Of a DNA stretch of 64,000 nt, positions 1 to 13,310 are shown in pieces. This DNA is from Pseudogymnoascus verrucosus (lineage: Eukaryota). Both the position numbers and the translations under genes were made by a program. Each line of letters starts with the position of its first letter. Within the stretch, counting starts at the first letter, position 1. The notes beneath the pieces are model-generated. The model worked only from the letters and a program-made list of their open reading frames with translations, was not told the DNA's origin and ran no database searches. Location: NCBI GenBank assembly GCA_001662655.1, contig KV460229.1. One strand, 5' to 3'.

Positions 1-879
1 ACATCGTCCCATTTTGAGACGTCACATTTTCGGAAAAGTACACGTCTGGGAGTAGAAGATATTAGTGGTATTCAATCAGTGAGTGCAGCGACATTGTAAA
101 TGTGCTTTGTATTGCGTAGACATACTCTCCGAGTTCCTCTGCCAATGCCTTTCCCTCTCCATCATTCCAATCGCCAATTGCAATATTTGCTCCATATCCT
201 AGAGATTGTCAACATTATTAAATAACTCGCACTGCAGTAGTCTTATGGTTACTCACTATGTGCAACTTTGACGGTTTCACGTCCTATGCCAGTTGACGCC
301 CCGGTAACAAGGATAGTTTTACCCTTTAAGGCCAACAATTCAACGTCTTTGAAGTCGTACGTAGTCATGTTAATTGAATATGCGATTTGTCTGAGCTACG
401 TATCACTAGAAAGGGTGGGATGGATTTGGCTGTAAACCTGGATATCATTTGAAGGTTATAGTCATATTTCTGTGCTTACTTGCTTATTCATAGAATCCTT
501 CGCCCTCTAACTTGACCTTTCCGCCAAGTGTGGTGTGGGCGTATGTGGGGTGCGGGGTGCGGGGTATATTTCAGAACAGATATCCACAAACCAGGGAGAT
601 CCCTCCAGAACTCCCCTCATTATATTGGGAAAATGACGTGGAATTATGTGAGTCGCAATGTTTGACGCTTGCGCTGTGGCGGATGCTTGGTTTTCATGAG
701 TAATAAAAGCCTGGCTCACAGGATAGAAGATGAAATTAACGAAGTGACCGAACTTACTTTCTCTCCGAAATTTTTCAAGGATATATATTTAACCAGTCCT
801 TCCACTCTGCGTTACTTGTCATACATACACAAGCTTGCACTTCTCAGATTCTGCATATTGTCGCATCTTTCCAGCCGCT

Positions 880-2601
880 ATGTTCCTCTCGTATCCCATG
901 CACCTCAGCGCGACAGCGCCTCAGCTTCTTATTGCGCTTATTGCTGTTCCATGCCTATTGTTCACTGCACTCTATTTTTACACTACCCCCAATGTTCTGA
1001 AGGTATTTCTCAAATTTCAATGACACTTTCCATCTGTCCCAACTGACCCAATCTAGGATCGACGAAGGAGACATCTCCCTCCGGGCCCGAGAGGGCTGCC
1101 ATTCATCGGGAATCTGTTGGACTTGGCAGATTCCGAACTTGTTCGAGGGAAAGCCCAGGCATGGGCACAGCAGTATGGCGAAATTTTTTACACCAAGATC
1201 GGTGGCAGTGACTACGTGTGGCTGTCATCCCCTAAAGTGGTAAAGGACTTGATGGACAAAAAGTCGGCGATCTACTCATCTCGCTCACCTTTACCTTTGG
1301 CCCAGGACGTCGCCAGCGCAGGCCGTCGCCAACTTTTTATGGAGTACGGGCCACGCTGGCGTTTAATTCGAAAATCCAGCCATGCGTTGCTCAACTCGAC
1401 AACTGCCATCAAATACCAGCCTGTTCAAGACTACGAGTCTAAGCAACTAATGGTCGAGCTGTTGGATACGCCTGGGCGATTCTACGAACACAACAGACGT
1501 TTCTCAGCCTCGGTCATAATGCTCATCACATATGGACATCGGCTACCTACATGGGATGATCCTCTTCTCAAGAAGATATACGCTGTTCTTGATAACTTGA
1601 CAGAGATGACAGCACCAGGTGCCCACGCAGTCGACAGTTTTCCTTCGCTAGCTTACCTTCCTCAATGGCTACTTGGAAACTGGCGATCTTTTGGGAAAAA
1701 AGTGTTCGATCATGACAGTAAAGTCTATCTCGAACTTTGGGAGAACCTAAAGAGAGAGGTGGATGCGGGAACGGCGAGGGATAGCTTCTGTAAAACATTT
1801 TATCTGAACAATCCAGAAAAGCAGGGGATTGACAATCTACTCGCTGCATACACTTGTGGTGGCCTTATTGAGGCTGGCGCAGAGACCACTGGCACTACAC
1901 TCAACAACTTTATGCTAGCCATGATGATGTTCCCTGAGGTGGTGAAAAAGGCCCAAGCAGAGATTGATGAAATTGTCGGCTCTGAAAGATTGCCAGTCTT
2001 CGAAGACGAGAAGCTGCTTCCGTATACTAGATCCATTGTTAAGGAGACCCTCCGGTGGCGTGCGGTAAACAAGTTCGGTATGATGCATGCAACGAGTGAG
2101 GACGACTGGTATGAGGGTCACTTCATTCCTAAGGGCACTGTTGCTGTCCTGAACTGGTGGTAAGTTTTCTCAATCCTTCAAGATTCAGACATTGACTAAT
2201 GGTCAATAAGGGCTATTCACATGAACCCTGAGATTCATCCAAATCCAGAAGTATTTAATCCGGCAAGGTACCTAGATAAACCTCTGGCAGCGGCAGACTA
2301 TATTAATACCAACGATCCATACGAGCGCGATCATTTCACATACGGCGCTGGACGGCGTGTTTGCCCTGGTGTGCATGTTGCAGAGCGCTCTCTTTTCATC
2401 AATATCGTCCGCACCCTCTGGGGATTCAACATTGGCAAGAAGATGGGGCCAGATGGCAAATTTATTGAGCCTGACATGGCAATGATTCGAGGATTCTTGA
2501 GCGTACCTAAGCCATTTGAGTGTCAAATTACGTCGCGATCAGCCAAGCACGCAGCTGTAATCAGGTCTTCTTTTGCTGAGGCACAGAAGAATGGCATATA
2601 A
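880..2601 (+). CDS. Cytochrome P450 monooxygenase (CYP64-clan-like); exons 880-1002, 1057-2159, 2211-2601
   Basis: N-terminal TM anchor, LPPGPRGLPFIGN proline motif, I-helix AGAETT, K-helix ETLR and heme motif FTYGAGRRVCPG. Two GT-AG introns splice in frame. Confidence 0.93.
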
Positions 2602-3215
2602 TTTTACATCAAATCACCAAATATATATTGTATGTTTAATAAAACTTTTGCCACTTTTGTTTGCCTCGGTTCTAGTCACTTGGCTTTGACCAGTTACAGC
2701 AGCACGTAGGACTCATAAAAGAACAATAAGGAATAGTTTGTTACATTTCTGAATGCGAAATTCTCACTTCGTGCCTGGTGATATGAGCTGTGACACCGTA
2801 ACTGCCAACGATCCCCGCACCCCGCCGAGCCTTGGAATTCCTACTCTACGACGTAGGGGTCTACAGTGTATATAGAATAGTAGCATAGCTGCTTTAATCT
2901 ACTACGTTTTATCACTAGATTTCGGGGTCCCATACCGGCGCGATTCTATCCCTACTTGTTGCTCTATATCGCTACATTGATGGGGAAAGGACTTACCCCA
3001 CATATACAAATTGGCTGGCAAATAATGACAAACCTAGGCTATTGAACAACCCCACCACACCCGCTTCCCCATATCAATGCGGGGAGTAGCCTTTGAAGTA
3101 TATCGCCCCGAGGGCCTCAGGTCTCTGTAGATTGGTAGTCGTCTCGTTCTTGTGGACGTCAACTATATTATATACATTAATTACGCAGCTTCGTTGTATA
3201 TTCCTCAGTTTCAAA

Positions 3216-4177
3216 ATGTCTAAACCGGTCGCAATTATCACTGGCGCCGCGTCTGGTATGGGCCTTGCCTTGACCAGACATCTGGTTTCCAAAGGCTGGC
3301 GGGTAGCAATGGCCGATATCGATTCCGAAAACGGATCACGGCTTTCCTCTGAATTAGGCGCAGATACGATTTTTCAACAAACGGACGTATCTAACTATGA
3401 CGAGCAGGCCCGACTCTTTAGCCGCGCATTTACCTGGGGTGGTAACCGCCTAGATTTTCTCGCTGCAAATGCTGGAATTGATGATAAGCAAAGTCTATAC
3501 GAGATAAATGAGGATCTTGATGCGGATGGTATACCAAAGGAGATGAACCTCAAGACCATAAGGGTAGACCTTGATGCAGTCATTCAAGGAATATGGTTGT
3601 TTAAACATTATGCGCGGAAGAACAACACTCCAGGAGGCAAGATTGTTATCACATCCTCTGCTGCCGGTATCTAGTAAGTTCGTCTAGTTTTTCAAATCCT
3701 TGCAAGGGCACTCCACAATATACGTACCAATAAATTTAGTCGTTATATTATATTTCCAGGTTCATGTACTGACTAGAGTTCCCGCTCAGCTCAATGGCCA
3801 CAAATCCTCTTTATACAAGCGCCAAACATGGTCTTGTCGGTCTTGTTCGCGCATGCGGTCCACAGTTTGCTGAAGAAAACATCACCGTTAACTGCATATG
3901 TCCATCATTCGTACCGACGGGCTTGTGTCCACCACACGTGCTTCACAAGTTCCCAAAAGAACACATCACACCAATGAGCACAGTACTCAAGGCTTTCGAC
4001 ACTTTTATAGGGGATAATACAATGACCGGACAAACAGTAGAACTGAGTTTAGAGCACCTGTATTTCAGAAAACAGCCAGAATGGGCAAACGAGAGTCAGA
4101 AGTGGCTAGGAGAAGAGTCGGGGGAGTTTTGGAAGGAGGCATACGAGTCTCTCGCAACTACGGAAGGGAATTTGTAA
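3216..4177 (+). CDS. Short-chain dehydrogenase/reductase (15-hydroxyprostaglandin dehydrogenase-like); intron 3674-3789
   Basis: TGAASGMG Rossmann motif, NAGI, catalytic Ser and YTSAK (YxxxK) after splicing. Confidence 0.92.
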
Positions 4178-4723
4178 GCAGATCAGTCTCATAGTTGAAA
4201 TCTGAGATATATCCCAGTCTGTATTTTATGTTACTCCTCATAGCATGGCTGCCCTACTCGGTGGGCTACCAAAGTATAATTCTAGATGACATGGGAATCA
4301 CCACCAAAATCGCCTAATATCCCCCCGCATGGGTAGTTATGCAACATTCATGTGGGCAGCGGCTGGACCCCTCATTAAGGGTGGGGTACTCGTAATGTCA
4401 TCCCAGACCAAAGGGTATCACAGTGGCCGTGTGTCCTTTTCTTTTCATTACAAATCTCTAGTCACTCAAAAATAGTATGTGGGATGGACGTGGGGTATTA
4501 ATTATATGGGCATTGTTCTGGAAGGACACAGAAAAAGGAGCTTTGGAATCTGCAGGCTAGCGAATGTGAAGGGTATGGGTGACTTAGGGGTTGCAACAGA
4601 ACCACAACATATTCCACCTCACATTACCTCAAGAATCAAACACATGAATAAAATTTTGCCTTTTTGTGCTATTTAGTGAAGTGATTTTGAATGTTGAAAG
4701 ATTGCCCTTTGCGCGCTTAACAC

Positions 4724-4775
4724 AAGGTTTGAGGGCACAATAATGTAAGGTTTGAGGGCACAATAATGTAAGGTT
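4724..4775. repeat. 23-bp tandem duplication (AAGGTTTGAGGGCACAATAATGT x2 plus partial copy)
   Basis: Exact repeat visible upstream of the reductase gene. Confidence 0.9.
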
Positions 4776-5079
4776 GCCGTCGAAACTTTAGAAGTCAGGT
4801 TAGGTTCCCGTTACCCCACTTACCCCAAATAGTATCTTCCACACATGGTGCAGCTCATACCAATAGAGAATTTGCCATTCACTACCACAGTGGGGAACCT
4901 CATAGGCGGAAATTCCGCCCAGAGAGATAGCATTAATTAAATTTGTTTCCTCAGTCTCGGTCAATTTTTGAACTATGCTCTAATGATTCTTACTTATCCA
5001 CCTATTCTATCTTGCACAGTTTTCTTGTCAATCGCTGCGGTTCCAGTCTCATCCGGTCTCCCCAATACTCTCAGAAACA

Positions 5080-7224
5080 ATGCTGCTGTATGTAATTGTC
5101 CTCATACTGATTACTGTAGTAGCACTTTGGCAGAAGCAAAAAAAGACTACATTCGCGAGTTCAGAGGAGAAGCAAGAGTTGGCAAGCGACAATGTGAGAA
5201 GTCTGAATCATGCTTTAGTGTGCCAGGATAAAAGCATCATCATTCTCTACGGTTCTCAGACCGGGACGGCGGAGGAGTATGCCCGTCGACTGGCGAGGAA
5301 TCTACACGACGAGTATTCAATTGCGGCCGAGGTAGCGGATATCGAGGATTTCGATGCCTCCTCCCTGAATGAAGTCGCGACCAAAAACTCAAGGACTGGA
5401 AGGAGGGTACTGGTGTGCTTTATTCTGGCGACATATGGCGATGGAGAACCTACCGATAGCACCGCCTCTTTCTACCAGGATCTTACTACTATCGAAACGA
5501 AAGATGAGGGAGGCGACTTTCCACTACGAGCTCTTCACTACATAGCCTTTGGGCTAGGGAACAACACATATGAAAAGTTTAACTTCATGGTCCGCAGCTT
5601 TGATGAGCATTTGCAGAGAATAGGAGCGACAAGGCTCGGTGCCCGAGGAGAAGGCGACGACGGCCTTGGGACGTTAGATGAAGACTTCCTCGCGTGGAAA
5701 GACGAGACCTTGGTAGAAGTTGCCAGTCATCTCCATGCGAAGAAAAGCGACAAAAAATTTGCTTCTCCTTACGAAATTGTTGAGAAACCAGAGCTGACTA
5801 TCGACTCTGATGGTGTGTTTCTCGGAGGACGAAAAGCAACAGAGCTAGGGAACAACGGCCTCCTGGTCGGACCATTCGATGGAAAAAACTCTTACCTTGC
5901 ACCTCTTGGGTATTCGAAACAGTTATTTGCCCCAACCTGCGATAGAGATTGTCTTCATATTGAGTTTGATATCTCTGGAACGAATCTGTCATACGAAACT
6001 GGCGATCACCTTGGAGTATTGCCTATAAATCCGGATGCGGAGATCCAACGAATGCTCATGGTTCTTGGTCTATCTAGCAAAGGAGATACCGTTATTACAA
6101 TCTCAGCAAAAGACGGCTCGGGCGCTAAGGCGTTCATTGTGGAGCCTACGACATATTCTACGATTCTCCGGTACAAGCTTGATATATGTGGGAAGGTTTC
6201 GCGTGAGATCTGTGGCGCACTTGCTGCGATGGCTCCGAACGCAGAAGTCAAGGCGCATATGATTCAACTAGCAGCAGATAGGAACCTTTTCCACTCTACT
6301 GTAACTTCTCGTTGCTTGAATCTCGCTCAGTTCTTGGAGACTGCTAGTAATGGCTTACCTTGGTCATCTCTACCTTTCTCCTTCCTGTTAAGCTGTCTTG
6401 CGCCTCTACAACCACGATACTACTCAATATCTTCATCAGGACAAGCGTCTCCTAAGACAATCCATATCACTACTGCAGTGAAGGATGAACTTCTAGGAGA
6501 GCCGAATCCAAATAGATTTTTAGGCCTAACGACCAATTACCTGAAAGGCTTAACCATAGCGAACAATGGTAATCGCGAAGTATCCCCCAATCGAACATTA
6601 CTACCATCTCCCGGCATCCAAAGCCTGCCTGGTATGGTAGCGGTCCACGTTCGTCGCTCAAACTTTCGGTTACCTGCAAGTTCCCATACCCCGATAATCA
6701 TGATCGGCCCAGGGACCGGCGTCGCTCCTTTCCGCGCATTTATGCAGGACAGACGGCTGCTCGCCAAAAATCAGACGCAGAAGCTGGGCATGTCCATCTT
6801 ATTTACAGGTTCCCAAAATCGCGCAAAAGACTACATCTATGCGGATGAATGGGAGGATCTGAAAGCGGTACTGGGAAATGACTTCCAGATGCACACAGCC
6901 TTTTCTCGGGAATCAGATGAGAAAGTTTATGTACAACACCGCATGATGGAAGTCAAAGAACAGTTATTTGATTTGATTCACAATAAGATGGCATGGATCT
7001 ATATCTGTGGCGACGCCGCACACATGGCAAAAGATGTCAATGCCGCACTTGTGGATATCGTTGCTGAAGGAAAAAGCATCGCAACGAAAGATGCAGCAAA
7101 TTACATTACGAATCTTAAGGACAGTGGTAGAATGCATGTGAGTAATCTGGTCAAATGACATGCTCAGTCACTACCTATTATTGTTTACTAACTGTTTTGG
7201 TATTTCTAGGAAGATATATGGTAG
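5080..7224 (+). CDS. NADPH-cytochrome P450 reductase; intron 7138-7209, last exon EDIW*
   Basis: N-terminal TM, FMN motif YGSQTGTAE, ATYGDGEP, RYYSISSS, GPGTGVAPF, YICGDA and C-terminal EDIW. Confidence 0.95.
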
Positions 7225-7419
7225 ATGAGTTCCCCTGGTTGCTCGGAATGACTCGCATACAAAGAAATTTTCAAGTAAGCCATAAGACAGAGAAATGGAC
7301 TACATCGATGCGGAGATGGGGAAGAGGGTCCATTACGAATCAGACGGGCTTATATTAAAAGTGGGGGGAGGACGAATAAAGCTGGACATCCTGTCTGGTC
7401 CACTGTAGATACAATAATC

Positions 7420-10043
7420 CAGTGTTCACCAAATAGTATTCGAATAGTATTCGGGGTTTGCCCGAATACTCGTGATCTGATAATATTCGGCGAATACTCA
7501 TACGAAGTTATAGTACTCGTCAAATAGTATTCGCCGAATAGTATGAGGCTCAATTGTAGGTAGTATAGTAAGAATTGAATATAATAACTATCTACTCGCT
7601 ATAATCCTCTTCGTCGCCTACAACCCCCCAATCCCGTAGGCAGAGTAGATATCGAAGAGTAGAAGGTAATAGTCTATTCCTCTTCTTCGTGACTATATCA
7701 CCGCCGACACTAAATATACGCTCTGACGCTGCCGATGAGGCTAGAATTGCTAAATAGTCCCGCGCAATCCGTGATATAACTGGATATTAGTACTGCTTTG
7801 CCTGCCAATATTTGAGGATATTAGTATTGCGGTCGACACCATTCTCTTTAAACCATCGCCGCCACTCAACTTCCTCAATGGAAGGCCCACGATGCTGATA
7901 CATCTCGTCGTCGGAATTAAGCTCTCTTTGAGCTATTAGCTGCTCTATTTCAGCAGCAATAGTAGCTTCAATAGCAGCAACTTGTATATCGTTCTCACGG
8001 TCTTTATACTGGTTATAACAAGCTGCAAACTGTGCTCTTGCCCTGTCTCGTTTCATAGCGTCTGTACTGTCTAGCATATAATATTCGTATATACTTAAGT
8101 TGAATCTTAGGTCGCAGATAGTAGCAATTAACGAGTGGCTCGAGCCTTGATTTGTCATAAGGTTATAATAAGTATCAAGCTTATTATATGACGCTTTACA
8201 AGCTGCGCTGATTGTAGCTATTGTCAATGGAGCGTTTTGCATTACCTTAAGCTTATTTAAAAGCCGTAGATAGTATGGAATACAAATGTTTAACGTTAGA
8301 TAATTATTAGCTTAAACTTGCTCTGCTAGTTTGACAAATATCTTAAAGAACGCCTTTAGTCCATATAACACTTACCATTCTATTAATGTGATGATAATAT
8401 TACGCATACTTAAATCCATCGTTTATGAAGCACATATAGCATTAATCGGCTGCTGAAGCTTCAAAGCGTTCTCGAGCATATGATATGTTGAGTTCTATCG
8501 TATAGGCATGTCGAGGGACATGGAAACCACCTAAATACCCATAGCAATTGCTTGTACTTTTAATGCATCTTTCCATGCTCGACGGTTCCGGAAGATATAG
8601 ATATGCTGGCGTAGTTTTATAAGAACTGTCGACACTTCTTCTCTATTTAGAACGAAGCTTTGAGTATAAGCAGCGCCTTGCTCAAGCCTATACGATTCTA
8701 TCTGCTCTAACGGTATAGCTTTTAACATAGCTAAAGCTGCTTAAACTGCAAGGTTTATAATATGTGCCATGCATCGAACGTCGCCTTCCTTTACTGTAAA
8801 GCTCCATAGTTGCTGTATAGAAATAGCACTCGTGCATACCCTTATTTCAAACTCTACAAGCATTACTATATTGTTTGATACGTTATCTCTAGTAACAGTA
8901 AAGACCCCATTTGTAATACTAAAGTCGTCCGTAATAGCTTAAAGCTGCTCTATAAGATATTCACTAGAATGAATGGGCTCTTTTAGATGTATAATATCAA
9001 GAACACAGTGCCAGTAAACCCATTCGTTATTTATCCAATGAACAGTTATTGCAGCGTGCTCTACGCCATTCATTGCAGACCATGAATTAGTTGTAAGTGA
9101 CAACCGTCCGCCCTTTGCTATATAAGCCTAGAGTTCAATTTGTAGCTTCATACGGTGGTTGCAGAATGTCTTATGCAAATCGCGCATTAAGGAGGTTGTT
9201 AATATAGCTAACGTTGACGGGCTAAGCTAGTGAATGAGCTGACGAAATGAAGGCCGATTAACTAGACTCATTAGTAAGTTATTACATACAATAAATGCAA
9301 GTAATAACTCTCTATATCGAGAGGCAAGAACTGAGCTTCCTCCTACTCGAGGAGTAAAGAATGCTTGGGCGCTCGGGGTAGTTGTGCTTCGGGCAGTTCT
9401 TATATTCTGAGCGCCCTGTAAATCCTGCGAACTCTGACTCTGCGAACTCTGAGCACGCTATAGCAATGGAGTTCCTAGTTTTAAAGCTTCGTATAACTCA
9501 GGATGCATGTTTTCAACATGCTTCCATAAATTACTTGTGATATTCCATGATAAAAGCTTCGGTTTTAGCCTATAATTACAGCCATTTTGCATACAGACAA
9601 TCTTCATCGTTGCAGGGCTAGTGCTCAACAATGTTCTACTGAATACATTCTTTAAGAACAAGGGTGACTGGGTATTTAGGAGTTGTGGCTGTATTTGTAG
9701 TAATGGTAGAGCTGTCGGCGGCGAAGGCTCGAATTGAAAAGGGGGTGGTAGATGCTGAATTTCCTCATCTTCGTCACTTGGAATTGCTGATAGCTCAGAG
9801 TCGCTCATTCTAGTAGAAATACCAATTGGTATATTATCTTTGGATCTATTTCTACGGACCTATCTATGAGGGCAGGGAAAAATCTTCGTTGCTTGGCGTT
9901 CTGGGCCGTGCTTGCCAAGGACTCGAATAGTATTCGAGTCTTTGGCAAATACTCGCCGAATACCCCAAATTTTGCCCGAATACTACTCGGCGCCGAATAC
10001 TATTCGAAAACCACAAATACTAATACTATTTTGGGGAACACTG
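7420..10043 (-). mobile_element. hAT-superfamily DNA transposon, RIP-mutated
   Basis: Imperfect TIRs (CAGTGTTCACCAAATAGTATT and CAGTGTTCCCCAAAATAGTATT on the opposite strand). Perfect 8-bp TSD CAATAATC at 7412-7419 and 10044-10051. Subterminal CGAATA/TATTCG repeats at both ends. Confidence 0.95.
7592..9808 (-). pseudogene. hAT transposase pseudogene
   Basis: BED-finger-like C..C/SNLWKHVENMH near the N-terminus. hAT dimerisation region LKYWQ...ARDYLAILASSAASERIFS. Many in-frame TAG/TAA stops. Confidence 0.9.
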
Positions 10044-10217
10044 CAATAATCTTTAGATCGGCAGATTAGTTTCATCCAGTCTGCTCAAGCATAAATTCAT
10101 CTCATGACAGGGTGAGTCTCTAGACTTAAGAATAGACGTAAATTCAATTGATCTATATATTCTATATTCTATATTCTATATTGCTTTAAAAATCTCCATA
10201 TCAAATGGCAAAGACGC

Positions 10218-11297
10218 TTAGTTTCCAGCAAGAGCCTTGCCGAATCCGAGAGGCGCGCAGTAAGGAGAGTTGCCACCCTGGCAGCTCAATCCATCAACAC
10301 ATGTAGCACGGGTGACCCACTTGCCATCGAGGCATTGCACGAGGTCGTCTCCGCTGCATTCCCAGACACCAGTTGGGCAGGGCGCGCTGGGCTCGCTGGT
10401 TGTGGGAGTGGCCAGGATCTCCAGGCCGCTGGTGGCGGTGGGGGTGTAGCTGGTGGTGGGAGCATCAGAGGTGGTGGAAGCGGCCTTGGCGGTTTGAGTG
10501 ATCATCGTGGTTGGGACGGCTGCTTGTGCGACGTCGGCTGGGGAGTTGACGGCCTGGCTGGCGGAGCTTGCGCTGGTGGCGGCACTGGATGCAGACTCCT
10601 GGGCGGCAGAGGTAGACTCCTGGGCGGCAGAGGTAGACTCCTGGGTGGCAGAGGTAGACTCCTGGGTAGCAGAGGAAGACTCCTGGGAAGCAGAGGAAGA
10701 AGCGGCCGTAGTTGCAGCATTAGCCGCGGCGCTGCCGCTGCCACTGCTGCTGCCTCCAGATGCGGGTCCCTGAGTGGTACCCGATCCGTCGGTGTCGAAG
10801 TTGTAGAGCGTCTCGTCGACGATTTCCCAGCTGATATCGATGTGTCCATCAGCGCACGCGCTTCCGGACAGCTCATTCAGGACAGAGTAGCTGAAGTCGA
10901 GTCCAGGGGCTCCGTTGGCCTCCCACGTGTCACTGGTGGATGGGCCGGTGCCACAGCGCTCACAGCCGTCACCAATGAAGAGTGGTAGGTTGGAGGCTAC
11001 GCCGTTGACAGAGACAACGACCTTCTTGCCGCAGTACTTGGCCATATCCCCGCGGAGGAGGGTGTTGTTCATGGCAACAACATAGTTGGAGTTGATCTCG
11101 GTAAGGGGCAAGCTGGTGATGTGGCTGCACATGACTCCGCCCTGGTTCTGGGCGGCAAAGCTGGTGCCACAGGTTTCGATCTGCTCGACATCGAAGTAGT
11201 AGGTGCCGAATCCGGAGCCCTGATTGAGAGACTGCTGCGCATAGGCGCGCGAGGAGAAGAGCAGCCCGGCTGCTGCGATGATTTGTGCCTTCATCAT
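10218..11297 (-). CDS. Secreted expansin-like/DPBB (RlpA/barwin-like) protein with Ser/Thr/Ala linker and C-terminal Cys-rich (CBM19-like) module
   Basis: Signal peptide, GTYYF...CG, VAMN..CGKKVVV, DGCERC, LDFS..., ISWE. Low-complexity linker with 21-bp repeats (TSAAQES). C-terminal C-x5-C-x7-C module. Confidence 0.8.
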   Translation of the reverse strand: MMKAQIIAAAGLLFSSRAYAQQSLNQGSGFGTYYFDVEQIETCGTSFAAQNQGGVMCSHITSLPLTEINSNYVVAMNNTLLRGDMAKYCGKKVVVSVNGVASNLPLFIGDGCERCGTGPSTSDTWEANGAPGLDFSYSVLNELSGSACADGHIDISWEIVDETLYNFDTDGSGTTQGPASGGSSSGSGSAAANAATTAASSSASQESSSATQESTSATQESTSAAQESTSAAQESASSAATSASSASQAVNSPADVAQAAVPTTMITQTAKAASTTSDAPTTSYTPTATSGLEILATPTTSEPSAPCPTGVWECSGDDLVQCLDGKWVTRATCVDGLSCQGGNSPYCAPLGFGKALAGN

Positions 11298-11801
11298 TTT
11301 TGTAGTTGGGTGTGTTGGTAGGGTATATAAAGATAGGACTGTTTCTCAGAAAGAGAGTGTGATGTAGTAAAGTAAAACTTGAAAGAAGTAAGGAAGGTAA
11401 TATCCGTCTAGGATGAAAGGAGTGTTTGAGAAAAACAAACAAAAGTCGAAAGTAATAGAAGGCTCTGCCAGAGAGAGACGATAGAAGATAGAGAGAAAAA
11501 AGAAGGATGGATCGGGGTGGAAAGGGGAGAATTTATATCTGAGAGGCCAGGGCCCAGCACAAGCTTTTTTTCCGGGCCCATGTGGCGGCTTCCTTTGACA
11601 TTGAGTGATGGAGTACCCCAACAAAGAGCTTGTCGTGATCCTCCCCCTCTTCCCCCTCCCCCGGCCACGGCTCCGAGGAGAGAACCTTCTAGGCTCTATG
11701 CGCCACCAAAGTAAGACATCACTAGCAAACAAAGCCTTTCATCTACGCTAATCGTCTTGGCGCTCTTCGAGGATTTGGTTGGCAGGTTCCTGGATGCGGG
11801 A

Positions 11802-11886
11802 AGAAGCGAAAGACGGGACATGACTAGAGAAGCAGGAACCCGCGGAGAAGCGAAAAACGGGACATGACTAGAGAAGCAGGAACCCG
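11802..11886. repeat. 44-bp direct tandem repeat upstream of the expansin-like gene
   Basis: AGAAGCGAAA(G/A)ACGGGACATGACTAGAGAAGCAGGAACCCG starts at 11802 and again at 11846. Confidence 0.9.
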
Positions 11887-13310
11887 GAGACAAAAATCAT
11901 CCGTGGCGTCATGGTCCCTGGCCTATGTCCCGTGTTTGAGATACGACGATCTCAGTGGTCCTCAGAGTCTTTGTTCCTAGCCGATGTCCCGTGTTTGCGA
12001 TTCATTACCAGAAAATCACGATGAGAGGAGGCGACCAAATGAAGTCATATCGGGTGATGCTGTCATCCCATCTGTTTCCAGGGTCTGCCGTACCTTTTGC
12101 CGTGGCCACACCTTATTTTGTGAAGAGGTTTTAAAGAAATAGATAGTAAGAACAAAAATAATGAAAAATTAGGAATCTAGTAAAAGAATTTACTTCAAAT
12201 TAGCCACATAGTGGAACTGCCTGCATCTTGACAGCTGCAGCCCTACGCTCCCTGCGCTTCTAGGGCCACTACTCTAATGCACTCTAATGCCCCCTGTGAA
12301 GATCTTCGGGGCGTGCTCCTGGGGGCGTGCTCCTGCGCGCGTTATTGGTCGTAGCAAACATAAAGAGAGGGGCGTCGGACCAGCGGCCGTCTGGGCATGT
12401 GAGAGTGTTTTGAGGGGTGGTCGTTGGAGTGGTGGAAGTTACTAATGTCACGTGATTATAATGCCGAAAGCCGATTCTTGTATTCGGCTCCATAATATTG
12501 TTTGGAGAGCCCACTGTAAAGCCACGTAAGCCCTTTCCCCGGTCTTTCGCCGGGGCCTAGAACAATGAATTGGGCCGGGTAAAGCCATGGCTCGGACGAG
12601 ATTTAAGTCCGGATGATTACAGATACGGTGGTATATAGTTGATTTGTGGGAGGTTTACGACGCCTGCCCCGCCATCAAACGATTTGACGAATGAAGCCAA
12701 ATATCTGAGCATGTTTGATAAAATATGTTCGTGGCCATGTCGTGGCATGCACTAAAGCATACATGTTGGAAAAACTTGCTCGAGTTGGCAAATGTTGGTT
12801 GTGGCCTAACGGTTTACATGGCTTAAGGGGGTATTTTACCGTCCCCTACCAAAAACCAGGACTAACCCACCAAATCACCACCTTGAAAATCGCAAATAAT
12901 TCAATTAATACAGCCTGCTCTCTTTATCTTCCTCGATATTAGTTTTTGCCACGGCTCTTGGAAAGACTATTATCCGTGCAGGGTTCGGGTTGTAGATCAT
13001 ATATAATGTCTGTGAGATGTGAGAATTTGTATGTTCCGGCCTACCCGTGAGTTTTGCCAGTTCACGAATGGGCCCCCACGGAACCATGAACTCAAAGTAG
13101 CTATATAGTACAAATTATATGTAAAGGTACTTACTTATCTTCAAATGTATCATTTATGCCTCATAAATTTATTTTTTATTATTTCTACTACTTTATAGAT
13201 TTCTTTCTTATTATTTCTACCAGCAATATACATATGATGATACTACTATTCTAACGTTGTATAACTTGGTAGTAATCCTCGTAGTTATAAATTGTCAATT
13301 ATTACTTATA

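Noticed and set aside
10155..10182. (TATATTC)n microsatellite, and small repeats at ~12307-12334 and ~53467-53494
   Set aside because: Ordinary slippage repeats with no evident function.
10335..10988. Antisense/alternative-frame ORFs (217 aa and others) with GGRGRLL repeats
   Set aside because: They are shadows of the GC-rich 21-bp repeat linker in the expansin-like gene.
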